DNA of 64,000 nucleotides, from the NCBI GenBank assembly GCA_964391885.1, contig CAYMNU010000010.1:176-64175 (forward strand), written 5' to 3'. The notes beneath the pieces are model-generated. The model saw only the letters and a list, made by a program, of their open reading frames with translations, was not told the DNA's origin and did not search any database. Shown piece by piece: positions 18,286 to 27,168 of the stretch (positions are counted from its first letter, which is position 1; each line of letters starts with the position of its first letter). Source of the DNA: an uncultured archaeon (GTDB lineage: Archaea; Altiarchaeota; Altiarchaeia; JAFGQM01). Made by a program: the position numbers and the translations under genes.

Positions 18286-20024
18286 TTCTTTGCCGGGGAA
18301 ATTTTCTTAAGTAGCGCGTCTTTGTCTGTATAATACTCCGAGACTATGGCTCCTACTTCGTCGATTTCATAAACCCCTTCCTTAATCATCCAGTCTAGTA
18401 CTAGCTGTTTTTCTTTGAGGTCTTTTTTAATGTCTTCTGAGGTCATGCCCGTATAAAGATTCAGCTTCTCAAAGAGTCTTTTACTTTCGTTGACCTTTTC
18501 AAACTTGTCCAAGCGCGGGCTCCACCTATAGAGATAGTTCAGGTTAAGCTGGTCGCTGCCCTCGCTTTGGAGTATCTCTGCAATCTCAAGCGTCCGCCTG
18601 AAGCCGCGCCTGCGGTCCCTGAATTGCACCACTATGAGGTCTATTGCTTGCACGTCCTCGAGCGGCAGCTCAAACGGGGGTTTTGTCATCCTCCTGACAA
18701 GATGCCTTGATGTGTCTGCGTGGACTGTGGAATAAACGGAATGCCCTGTGTGCATGGCCTCAAAAAGCACTTCTGCTTCCTTCCTCCGCCTCACTTCCCC
18801 CATCACTATCCTGTCAGGCCTCATTCTCAGGGAATTGGCTATCAAATCGAGCATCGAAACCTCACCCTTGCCTTCCTGGTTTGGATTCCTTGTAGCCATA
18901 GGTATCCAATTCCAGTGCAGGTAGCCAGGTAGGTTTATCTCGCGGGTGTCCTCAATCGATATTATCCTTTGATTAGATGGTATGAGCGAGCATATCGCAT
19001 TCAGCATGCTGGTCTTGCCGGATGCGGTTCCGCCGGTGACGAGTATATTCAACTCATACTGCATGCAGAGCCAGAGAAGCGCAGCTATCTCAGTGGATAT
19101 AGTCGAGACCCCGGGCTTGACAAGGTTACTTATAGTCCAGGGTACTCTTGCAAACTTCCTTATGGTTATGGTGTTTCCGAAAGATGAAATGGGAAAAAGT
19201 GTAGAGTTCGCCCTGTCGCCTGTGACGAGGTGCGCATCCATAAGCGGCTCCAGATTAGTTATATTGGTACCGGACTTTCGGGCTATCTGGGAAGCGATGT
19301 TGAAGACCTCTTTTTCCGAAGGTATGGAGATATTTGTTTTAAGCCAGCCATGTTTTATATGATATACTCCCAGATTTGCATTGCTGCTATTGATACATAT
19401 CTCTTCCAAAAAATCATCGCTTATAAGTAGTTCTATTTCTCCCAGACCATAGCAGTTATGGAGCAAAATGCCTGCTAAGGTGTCTTTCAGCTTTGGGTTC
19501 TTTTTTATATCTGCGGCAAATTCCTTTTCCACGAGTGACTGGCCTTCTTTGCTAAAAACTTCCTTCAGCTTAGCCATCCTGCGCTGATCTGAGATGTCCT
19601 CAACTGTTATAGGTACTTTCTTTGTGAGCTCATTGGCAAGGCTCTTTAGAAGCGCCTCGGTTGCAACTCCCATGCTAGGCAGGCTTATGCAGTAAAATGG
19701 AACGAGATCTTTGTCTTCCCTGCTTATGCTGATTTCGGCACTTACGTTATCGGCACTGGTGAAATAAGTATCTATCTCTTTTCCAGGGGGCTTAACGTCC
19801 TTTGCCGGCTCGGGCGGTTTCTTCAGAAGTTTCGCATAAGGCTTTGATATTATATTAGTGGGGTATTCTATTGAGACATAATCTGCAAGGAATCCTGCCC
19901 ATCGCTCTGCGGTGGCAGCGTCCGTACCTAGCTTCTTCGCCAGCTTGTTTAGTGGCATGCTATTGCTCTTCTCTGCAACCAGTAACTCAAGCAAAGCATC
20001 CGCAGAAGTCCTTATATGAGCCAT
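18282..20024 (-). CDS. Type II/IV secretion-family ATPase (PilB/FlaI/ArlI-like)
   Basis: TGGTASGKTSMLNA Walker A, ISIEDTREI Asp box, RPDRIVMGEVR Walker B and TGHSVYSTVHAD His box. ATG at 20024; an upstream TTG at 20084 is the alternative start. Confidence 0.85.
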   Translation of the reverse strand: MAHIRTSADALLELLVAEKSNSMPLNKLAKKLGTDAATAERWAGFLADYVSIEYPTNIISKPYAKLLKKPPEPAKDVKPPGKEIDTYFTSADNVSAEISISREDKDLVPFYCISLPSMGVATEALLKSLANELTKKVPITVEDISDQRRMAKLKEVFSKEGQSLVEKEFAADIKKNPKLKDTLAGILLHNCYGLGEIELLISDDFLEEICINSSNANLGVYHIKHGWLKTNISIPSEKEVFNIASQIARKSGTNITNLEPLMDAHLVTGDRANSTLFPISSFGNTITIRKFARVPWTISNLVKPGVSTISTEIAALLWLCMQYELNILVTGGTASGKTSMLNAICSLIPSNQRIISIEDTREINLPGYLHWNWIPMATRNPNQEGKGEVSMLDLIANSLRMRPDRIVMGEVRRRKEAEVLFEAMHTGHSVYSTVHADTSRHLVRRMTKPPFELPLEDVQAIDLIVVQFRDRRRGFRRTLEIAEILQSEGSDQLNLNYLYRWSPRLDKFEKVNESKRLFEKLNLYTGMTSEDIKKDLKEKQLVLDWMIKEGVYEIDEVGAIVSEYYTDKDALLKKISPAKK

Positions 20025-20065
20025 TTTATCCTTAATTGAGACAATCCCCTTTTGTATAATAAGTG

Positions 20066-20920
20066 TTACTCCTTTATAAACCAAACTGTGCGGTTAATCT
20101 CGGCATTGCTAGTTATGTCGCTTATGTGTACAAATAAGTCGGAATCAACATAGGCTGGTGCCAGCTGCCCGAAGCCTAATGATATCGACGTTCTCACTGG
20201 GTTTTTCCAGAATCCTGCGTAAATCGTCCCGTTGACTGTGGCATTGCCTATCTCAGCGCCGCCTACGCGTATTGTAATGTTACTACTTTCTTGTTCAATT
20301 ACCCACTCAGAAGACAAATTATGCGACACCTTAAAGCTTTTCTCATACGGGAGGCTGGCATTCGAGACATTTGATGCATATAGGGTAAAAGTGAGATCGC
20401 CCTGAGAAACACTTTCTGTGACATTTAAAATCTCGTCGGAAAGCTCCAGCCTGATGCTGCAGGATTCTAGGACCGATGCATTTTCAAGAGGATAATAAAG
20501 CACGGCAGTCTTAAGGGGGTCAAGATAATTAAACGCATATTTGTGCGGCTCGAATAAAAGGGTGATATTTTCCAAATCACCCAGGCGGATTCTCGCAGCG
20601 GCCGGGCTCCCAGGACTCCTTGTAGTGCTCGTGAAGTTGGCTCGTATATAAGATTCATAATTGTTAAGGGCTAGCTGGGACGCATTTGAAGCCATTATGT
20701 CATTGATTGTAAACACAGTGAAATTGTCTTCGCTTGAAATTGACGCATTCATGCCGAAAAGCGTTATTACGTCGCCCCTGATGTCATCATAGAGGTAAAC
20801 TAATTTCGGGCCAGAAACATCCGTTTCAAGTACTCTTGAAGTAAAGAAGATTGCCAGCAGAATCATAGAGCTCATGAGAAAGAATGCGGAAACCGTAAAT
20901 ATATATCCTTTTTGCCTCAT
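20066..20920 (-). CDS. Pilin-like-anchored extracellular protein, very rich in N-glycosylation sequons
   Basis: MRQKGYIFTVSAFFLMSSMILLAIFF N-terminus (KG|Y). 14 N-x-S/T sequons in about 285 aa. ATGA overlap with the upstream gene at 20917-20920. Confidence 0.5.
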   Translation of the reverse strand: MRQKGYIFTVSAFFLMSSMILLAIFFTSRVLETDVSGPKLVYLYDDIRGDVITLFGMNASISSEDNFTVFTINDIMASNASQLALNNYESYIRANFTSTTRSPGSPAAARIRLGDLENITLLFEPHKYAFNYLDPLKTAVLYYPLENASVLESCSIRLELSDEILNVTESVSQGDLTFTLYASNVSNASLPYEKSFKVSHNLSSEWVIEQESSNITIRVGGAEIGNATVNGTIYAGFWKNPVRTSISLGFGQLAPAYVDSDLFVHISDITSNAEINRTVWFIKE

Positions 20921-21420
20921 TCTTTCCACCCCCCGTACCAAAGCTCCATAGTCACTGGCCAAATACGGCCTTCATGTGTAAAAACTCGCGATACCCTGAC
21001 AAATGAGGCAGGCCGCTTGCCTTCGAGCTCATATTGGGCTTTCAGGCAACCTGTTTTTATATCCGCACCTTCTCTATCGCTAAGCATAGTATCATTGTAA
21101 TTATCTGCATGATAATACAAATCCCCCTCCTGGAAGTGCATTTCAAGTTCCATGCATATAGATTCGGGACTTGCTAACACCAATTCGCGTATAGGTAGGG
21201 TGCATGGATAAGTGCCGTTTTCATCAGCTTCACACCCTCCTGAAAGAATTCCGAGGGCCCCGCTTTTTTCGGCGGTGATTAAAAAATCATAGCCGTACTC
21301 CACCAGCATATCGCTTCTTTGCATGCCCTTGCTTGCAACCATGTTTACAGACCATGCAACCAGAAGCCCGGCTATTGTCAGCGCGAGTATTGCATCCAAG
21401 GTTATAACAAATCCGCTCAT
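20917..21420 (-). CDS. Pilin-like protein (class III signal peptide)
   Basis: MSGFVITLDAILALTIAGLLVAW N-terminus; ATGA overlap at 21417-21420. Confidence 0.55.
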   Translation of the reverse strand: MSGFVITLDAILALTIAGLLVAWSVNMVASKGMQRSDMLVEYGYDFLITAEKSGALGILSGGCEADENGTYPCTLPIRELVLASPESICMELEMHFQEGDLYYHADNYNDTMLSDREGADIKTGCLKAQYELEGKRPASFVRVSRVFTHEGRIWPVTMELWYGGWKE

Positions 21421-21923
21421 TTAGGTGATAAACTGAATATGAATTTCACTGGAGTCCCGCCAAGAATTGCCATCCGTTCGATAGAGATTCTGGCTTCAAC
21501 AGTCTCATTGCCCAAGAGGTATTTATTCTTTCCATCAAGATTTAAAATCCTTATATTATAATCCTGCCCGCTTAAGCCCAAAAGCCTTCCAGCGTCGCCA
21601 TAGCTCAAATTTTTAAAAGCCTCGAGCTTGGTGATTTCTAAAACATTAGGCTCATGTGCAAAGCCGAGTGAACTTAGATTCGCTGTCACCACGCCCCCTA
21701 TCCGCTCCCAGTATTCCGGGGATCCGGGCGTTTTCAAAAGCATGTTGCATGCGTCAACTGCCTTGCTTTTGTAGCTTTGTGTAGTCTCATAATCCCATAT
21801 GACTCTCTGTATATCTGCATTCGACCAACTTATTATAAAGACTGCTGAGGTGAAAAGCAGCATGGCTGTTATCAAATCCAATGTGCTGAACTGGCCCTTC
21901 CGCGATATTTTCAATTTCTCCAT
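21417..21923 (-). CDS. Pilin-like protein (class III signal peptide)
   Basis: MEKLKISRKGQFSTLDLITAMLLFTSAVFIISW. The ATG at 21923 is preferred to the longer 22004 start, which overlaps the upstream gene. Confidence 0.55.
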   Translation of the reverse strand: MEKLKISRKGQFSTLDLITAMLLFTSAVFIISWSNADIQRVIWDYETTQSYKSKAVDACNMLLKTPGSPEYWERIGGVVTANLSSLGFAHEPNVLEITKLEAFKNLSYGDAGRLLGLSGQDYNIRILNLDGKNKYLLGNETVEARISIERMAILGGTPVKFIFSLSPK

Positions 21924-21928
21924 ATTCC

Positions 21929-22390
21929 TTATTGTAGCTCCGCTCGCCGCAGGCTGCGCATCATCTCTTCGTCGGCTATGAATATCTTTCCTTGGGAGTT
22001 CCACATAGTTATCGTGCCAGGAGTCAGGTTGAGCTCACTGGAATTCAATTCCGAAGTCACAAATCGTGACGCATAGTCTTTGTCTTTCCATCTTATGAGG
22101 ACTGCGTTGCCCCTGATCGTAAGGTTGTACTCTGAACCGGAATCAGTCGTCGACGGAAGAAGAACTGTCCTCTGCGAGCCCTCTCCCATTAGCGCAACGC
22201 TGTTAACCGTATGCGAAAAAGAATCGGCAATCCCTTTCATCTTGATTGTCCGCATGCTTTCAAGGGCGTGCCGCTCGTTGCCCTCAAATGCCATAAAGAC
22301 TCCAATGGCGACAAATCCCAAGATTATTACGGCTATGAGGTAATCTACCGAAACCTGGCCTTTGGATCCGACTTTCATCCTGACATTCAT
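21929..22390 (-). CDS. Pilin-like protein (class III signal peptide)
   Basis: MNVRMKVGSKGQVSVDYLIAVIILGFVAIGVF (KG|QVSVD); ATGA overlap at 22387-22390. Confidence 0.6.
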   Translation of the reverse strand: MNVRMKVGSKGQVSVDYLIAVIILGFVAIGVFMAFEGNERHALESMRTIKMKGIADSFSHTVNSVALMGEGSQRTVLLPSTTDSGSEYNLTIRGNAVLIRWKDKDYASRFVTSELNSSELNLTPGTITMWNSQGKIFIADEEMMRSLRRAELQ

Positions 22391-22800
22391 TCTACAAAAA
22401 CAAGATCTCCCTGGTTCGTAAGCTTAACGAACCTGCTTCCCGGCTCGCTGCTTATGCTTCCGTTGAGCTTTGCAACGCTGCAGGGGGGCGGGGGTTCACT
22501 TATCATGCCGTTAGGGAGACTTATGGCATACTGGAGGCAATGCGACTCTGTCACGTTTATATTGACTATCGACGCAGGTACTGTTATGTATACCTCAGTA
22601 GATGCGCCTATGGACTGGGCATAGACAAAATCCGCAGCGTCCGCGACCCTTCTTAACCCTGAGCTCATCTGTACCTTGTCCATCTCGCTACCCGTTCGCG
22701 ACAGGCTCTCTTGGCTGCTGTTCATTACAACCATCAATATTAGTATTGAAACCACGAGTATAATCATCGTCTCGATTGCAGCTTGGCCTCTCGAATCCAT
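22387..22800 (-). CDS. Pilin-like protein (class III signal peptide, Glu at +5)
   Basis: MDSRGQAAIETMIILVVSILILMVVM (G|QAAIE). First gene of the operon. Confidence 0.6.
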   Translation of the reverse strand: MDSRGQAAIETMIILVVSILILMVVMNSSQESLSRTGSEMDKVQMSSGLRRVADAADFVYAQSIGASTEVYITVPASIVNINVTESHCLQYAISLPNGMISEPPPPCSVAKLNGSISSEPGSRFVKLTNQGDLVFVE

Positions 22801-22910
22801 TCTTGTTTTTTATGCCCTATCTTGAAACTATACGCTATATGAATGGAAGCCTGCTAAAAAACCTGCAGAGTTTTAGGTTGAGGGCTTCGCCCAAAAATAA
22901 GAAATAGAGA

Positions 22911-23624
22911 ATGCCCGCAAAAGCATCGAGAATAAAGAGCGGCATAGCAGGCCTTGATCCGGTTATAGCCGGCGGCTTCGTCAAAGGCCACGGCATCCTT
23001 GTCACAGGCAGTTATGGTACGGGAAAAACTACTATGGGCATGCAATTCTTGGTAGAGGGGGCCAAAACAGGAGAACCCGGCTTATACATCACCTTCGAGG
23101 AACAGCCGGAGCAGCTCATAGAAGAGGGCGAATCATTGGGCTGGGATATAAGCTCCCTTATAAGTCAAAAAAAGCTCAAAATTCTGAGAATAGTGCCGCA
23201 GGATTTAATAAACGTAGTCGAAGCCGGATTTGGGCAAGTGGGCGATATAGTGGATAGTATAGGGGTCCAGAGGGTTGTTGTGGATTCAGTCATCAGTTTT
23301 GAGATGCAGGGCAAGGATGATTATGAGAGGCGTAAGATGCTCATGGACTTAGTCTCATGGTTCAAGAAGAAAGGCTGTACTGTGATGATGACGATGGACA
23401 CAGACCCCGGAAAGGAGCTGGAACCCAAGTTTGGCATCGCCGAGTCTGCCACTGACGCGATAATCGTGCTTTACCACCCAAAAGACAAGGGCAAGCGGAT
23501 CAGGCAGCTTGAGATACTCAAGATGCGCGAGACCTGCCATACTGACAACTTCCTTGATTTCAGCATAGGTGATAAAGGCCTTAAAATAATAGGAAAGGGC
23601 AAAGGTGGAATAGTCTGCGACTAG
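22911..23624 (+). CDS. Single-domain KaiC/RecA-superfamily ATPase (ArlH/FlaH-like)
   Basis: GLDPVIAGGFVKGHGILVTGSYGTGKTTMGMQFL Walker A region; 237 aa. Divergent from the pilus operon across a 110-bp promoter region. Confidence 0.75.
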   Translation: MPAKASRIKSGIAGLDPVIAGGFVKGHGILVTGSYGTGKTTMGMQFLVEGAKTGEPGLYITFEEQPEQLIEEGESLGWDISSLISQKKLKILRIVPQDLINVVEAGFGQVGDIVDSIGVQRVVVDSVISFEMQGKDDYERRKMLMDLVSWFKKKGCTVMMTMDTDPGKELEPKFGIAESATDAIIVLYHPKDKGKRIRQLEILKMRETCHTDNFLDFSIGDKGLKIIGKGKGGIVCD

Positions 23625-26011
23625 CGCTTCTCTTTTTTCGCTATCTTCATCCTGGTCTTTACGACAGTATCGGGATTCAGGGATATGGAGTCTATTCCCT
23701 CCCCAACTAAAAACTCTGCAAAGTCAGGGAAGTCGGAGGGCGCCTGCCCGCATATACCTATCTTTCTTTTGTTCTTCTTGGCTGATTTTATCACTTGGGA
23801 TATCAGACGTTTTACCGCATCATTCCTCTCGTCATAGATATGGTTGACAAGCTCGGAATCGCGGTCGAGGCCCAATGTCAGCTGTGTAAGGTCGTTTGAG
23901 CCTATGCTAAATCCGTCAAAGATTTTGGAGAACTCGTCTGCAAGGATGACATTTGACGGTATTTCGCACATCACATAAACTTCCAAGCCCCCCACGCCGC
24001 GCTTAAGGCCATTCTTGGCCATCTCAGCGATTACCTTTTTTCCTTCCTCAACCGTGCGGCAGAAAGGCACCATGACTTTCAGATTATCCAGCCCGAAGTC
24101 CTCGCGCACCTTTTTAATTGCTTTGCACTCTAGGGCGAATGCCTCTGAATATTGCGGAGAGTAATAGCGGGATGCGCCCCTCCAGCCAATCATCGGGTTG
24201 CTTTCCACCGGCTCAAAAAGCTTCCCGCCGATTAAATTGGCGTATTCATTGCTCTTGAAGTCGCTGAATCTGAGGATGACATCCTTGGGATAGAACGCGG
24301 CGGCAAGCATCCCCACACCCTGCGCAAGTCGGTCGATAAAAAACTCTGACTTATCCTTGTAACCATGAGTAAGCGAATCTATCTCCTCGACTAGTGCCGC
24401 ATTTTTCCGGTCTCTTTTGATTTTAGAGTAGTTCAGGAGCGCAAGCGGGTGTATCTTTATGTGGCTGTTTATGATGAATTCCTCTCTCGCCAGCCCGACG
24501 CCGTCGTTTGGCAAAAAGCTGGCTTCGAAGGCTTGCTCAGGGTTAGCAAGGTTCATCATAATCTTGGTCTTTGTTTTGGGGACGTTCTTAAGGTTTATCT
24601 TGTCTACCGTGAATTTGAGGAGACCGTCATAGACAAAGCCTTCTTCACCCTCTCCACATGAGACTGTTATTGCCTGGCCTTCTTTTAGAGCCTCGGTGCC
24701 TCTCATAGTACCTACAACGCAGGGTATGCCAAGCTCTCTACTTACAATAGCAGCGTGGCAAGTCCTCCCCCCCCTGTTAGTGACTATGGCCGAGGCTATT
24801 TTCATGACAGGTTCCCAGTCCGGATCGGTCATGTCGGTCACAAGGACTTCGCCTTGCCTAAACCTGCCCATCTCATGGGAGCTTTTGATTATCTTTGCCT
24901 TGCCCGCGCCGATTTTCGAACCAACGCTTTGACCTTTTATTATGAGCTTGCCTGATTCCAGCATCCTATAAGTCTCATATGTCATGCCGTCTTTCTGGCT
25001 CTGCACGGTCTCGGGCCTGGCCTGGACGATGAACAGCTCACCGCTAACGCCGTCTTTTGCCCATTCCATATCCATGGCCTTCTTATAATGGTCCTCGATT
25101 ATCGTAGCCCATTTGGCCAGCTGGAGCACCTCATCATCGCTTATAGAAAACATGCGCCGCTCTTCGTCAGGTACGTTGATGTTTTTTGTAGGAGTTTTAG
25201 AGCCATCCTCCGCATAGACCATCTTTATGGCCTTTCCGCCTATCTTTTTCGAGATTATCGGTTTGAAGCCCTTTTTGAGCGTGGGCTGGAAGACATAGAA
25301 TTCGTCAGGGTTAACAGCCCCCTGGACTACATTCTCGCCAAGGCCGTAGGACGAAGTTATGAACACGACATCTTTGAAACCGGATTCTGTGTCAATAGAA
25401 AACATGACACCTGAAGAAGCCTTGTCCGATCGTACCATCTTTTGTATGCCTATAGACAGCGCAATATTAAAATGGTCGAATTTTTTGTCAACGCGGTAGG
25501 ATATCGCGCGGTCTGTAAATAGCGAGGCAAAGCATTTTTTGCAGGCATCTAGGAGCTCATAATCGCCTCGTATGTTAAGATAGGTCTCCTGCTGGCCTGC
25601 GAAGGAAGCATCCGGCAGGTCCTCGGCTGTCGCAGAGGAGCGTACAGCCACGTCAGTGTGCTGGCCATATTCCTTACACAGGACTCCGTATGCTTTTACT
25701 ATTGCTTCTTTAAGGTCCTCGGGGAATTCAGCCTTTAGAATAACTTTCCTTACTTTCCTACCGCGCTCGCGTAGATTGTCGATATTGGATGTATCAAGGT
25801 CGCTGAGTATTCTTTTAATCTCGTCTTCAACGCCCGCATCCCTCAGTAGATAGCGATAGGCCTCCGCAGTTATGGCAAAGCCGTTTGGTACTTTTACACC
25901 CTTTTTAGTAAGCTTGTGGTACATCTCACCCAATGAGGCATTCTTACCGCCTACTATGGGTACGTCTTTTATCCCAAGATCCTTAAACCAAATAATGTGT
26001 CCTCCAGCCAT
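23621..26011 (-). CDS. ppsA: Phosphoenolpyruvate synthase
   Basis: VGGKNASLGEM, phosphohistidine loop GGRTCHAAIVSRELGIPCVVG and C-terminal GICGQAPSD. The ATG at 26011 (MAGGHIIWF) is preferred to 26137. Confidence 0.9.
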   Translation of the reverse strand: MAGGHIIWFKDLGIKDVPIVGGKNASLGEMYHKLTKKGVKVPNGFAITAEAYRYLLRDAGVEDEIKRILSDLDTSNIDNLRERGRKVRKVILKAEFPEDLKEAIVKAYGVLCKEYGQHTDVAVRSSATAEDLPDASFAGQQETYLNIRGDYELLDACKKCFASLFTDRAISYRVDKKFDHFNIALSIGIQKMVRSDKASSGVMFSIDTESGFKDVVFITSSYGLGENVVQGAVNPDEFYVFQPTLKKGFKPIISKKIGGKAIKMVYAEDGSKTPTKNINVPDEERRMFSISDDEVLQLAKWATIIEDHYKKAMDMEWAKDGVSGELFIVQARPETVQSQKDGMTYETYRMLESGKLIIKGQSVGSKIGAGKAKIIKSSHEMGRFRQGEVLVTDMTDPDWEPVMKIASAIVTNRGGRTCHAAIVSRELGIPCVVGTMRGTEALKEGQAITVSCGEGEEGFVYDGLLKFTVDKINLKNVPKTKTKIMMNLANPEQAFEASFLPNDGVGLAREEFIINSHIKIHPLALLNYSKIKRDRKNAALVEEIDSLTHGYKDKSEFFIDRLAQGVGMLAAAFYPKDVILRFSDFKSNEYANLIGGKLFEPVESNPMIGWRGASRYYSPQYSEAFALECKAIKKVREDFGLDNLKVMVPFCRTVEEGKKVIAEMAKNGLKRGVGGLEVYVMCEIPSNVILADEFSKIFDGFSIGSNDLTQLTLGLDRDSELVNHIYDERNDAVKRLISQVIKSAKKNKRKIGICGQAPSDFPDFAEFLVGEGIDSISLNPDTVVKTRMKIAKKEKR

Positions 26012-26093
26012 TGCGCTAATGTTATGAGACCTGCTTAAAAAATAGCTCGCTTTTTTCTTTGTATTAGTCAAATATAATGCAGGATTATCTAAA

Positions 26094-26513
26094 ATGTTTG
26101 GTTTCGGAAAGGGAAAACTTGAACTAAGCTTAAGCAAAAAGGATGCGGCTTATGGTGAAGTGCTTTCAGGTACGGCAAGCCTGCAGCTCAAAGAACCGCA
26201 GCAAGCCAGGGGCTTCTTTGTTGTTCTGATTGCCGAGAAGCTAACTCAGAGGAATTATGGCGATCGTATTGACCAAGAATCGGTGACCTTGTTTGAGCAT
26301 CGGCAAGCACTCGGGGGCGAGGGCCTTTACGGAACGCAGCCATACAGCTTCAGCTTCCAAGTAAATATACCTATGCAGTCACAAGTCCCTGGAATCCCTA
26401 CAAGCACTATCGGGAAACTGTTCAGCGGTAAAGTGAAATGGCATGTGATAGCCAAGCTCGATATACCGAAGGGGCGCGACGTCTCAAAGAAAATTGAAAT
26501 CAAAGTCAAGTAG
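26094..26513 (+). CDS. Hypothetical protein, arrestin/Spo0M-like N-terminus
   Basis: MFGFGKGKLELSLSKKDAAYGEVLSGTASLQL resembles the Spo0M/arrestin-N start; 139 aa. Family call is tentative. Confidence 0.4.
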   Translation: MFGFGKGKLELSLSKKDAAYGEVLSGTASLQLKEPQQARGFFVVLIAEKLTQRNYGDRIDQESVTLFEHRQALGGEGLYGTQPYSFSFQVNIPMQSQVPGIPTSTIGKLFSGKVKWHVIAKLDIPKGRDVSKKIEIKVK

Positions 26514-27141
26514 CCATCGCCCTCAAATCATCAAGGCTCGTCAGCAATTGGTAACGCGTACCAGGGTATCTTCCTTCAAGGCGCTCAAGGGACTTGGCAA
26601 GTGCTGATGGTTTCTCCGCATTCTTTGTAAATGGTATTTTTTTAAGTTTTGCGTATCTGAGCACATCTTTCTGAGGGGTCTCAGCAAGCGGACGTATTAT
26701 GATAGGGCTTTCCTTAAGGGTGCCCTTTAAGAATAATGCCAGACCGCTGAGGACCAGGGAATCGAGAGTATCGGAGAGTGCAATCTTAGTTGCGCCGAGC
26801 CGTTCTGCCCCGGCTAGCGCAGATTCGGATGAATCCATTCGCTTGACGCCAAGATAATCGCAGTAATCCACTACACCCTTTGGCACCCCTTCGGGAATGA
26901 TTGCAATCAGCTCTGAGCGCGGAGCCTTGGCTGAAAGCAGCTGCATTAAACTCAGCAAGACCATGGAAGCTGAGTCGCCGCCCAACGGAACAAGGGTCTT
27001 ATCTTTGGGCCCGAGAAGCTCGTGTCGTCGGATGGTTCTCCTTATGCGCTTTTCAAAAAAGGGCACAAAGCAATCATCGCAGAGTGCGGGTCCGCAAGAC
27101 TCTTCTATCGCCTCATTCTTGCCGCATGTTGAACAGTTCAT
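26506..27141 (-). CDS. TtuA/Ncs6-like PP-loop family protein with degenerate PP-loop
   Basis: N-terminal Zn finger CSTCGK...LCDDCF, then FFEKRIRRTIRRH. LGGDSAS occupies the SGGKDS position. 211 aa, short for the family. Confidence 0.5.
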   Translation of the reverse strand: MNCSTCGKNEAIEESCGPALCDDCFVPFFEKRIRRTIRRHELLGPKDKTLVPLGGDSASMVLLSLMQLLSAKAPRSELIAIIPEGVPKGVVDYCDYLGVKRMDSSESALAGAERLGATKIALSDTLDSLVLSGLALFLKGTLKESPIIIRPLAETPQKDVLRYAKLKKIPFTKNAEKPSALAKSLERLEGRYPGTRYQLLTSLDDLRAMAT

Positions 27142-27168
27142 ATTGAAGGGATTACTCGTATACGCGAT

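Noticed and set aside
26012-26137. 42-codon N-terminal extension of ppsA; similar 5' extensions at 43689..43898 (M42), 60884..60994 (coaB), 56145..56177, 53204..53248, 16371..16451, 17408..17476, 20921..20962 and 21924..22004
   Set aside because: The conserved protein N-termini begin at internal ATGs. The extensions overlap upstream genes or promoter regions and look non-protein-like.
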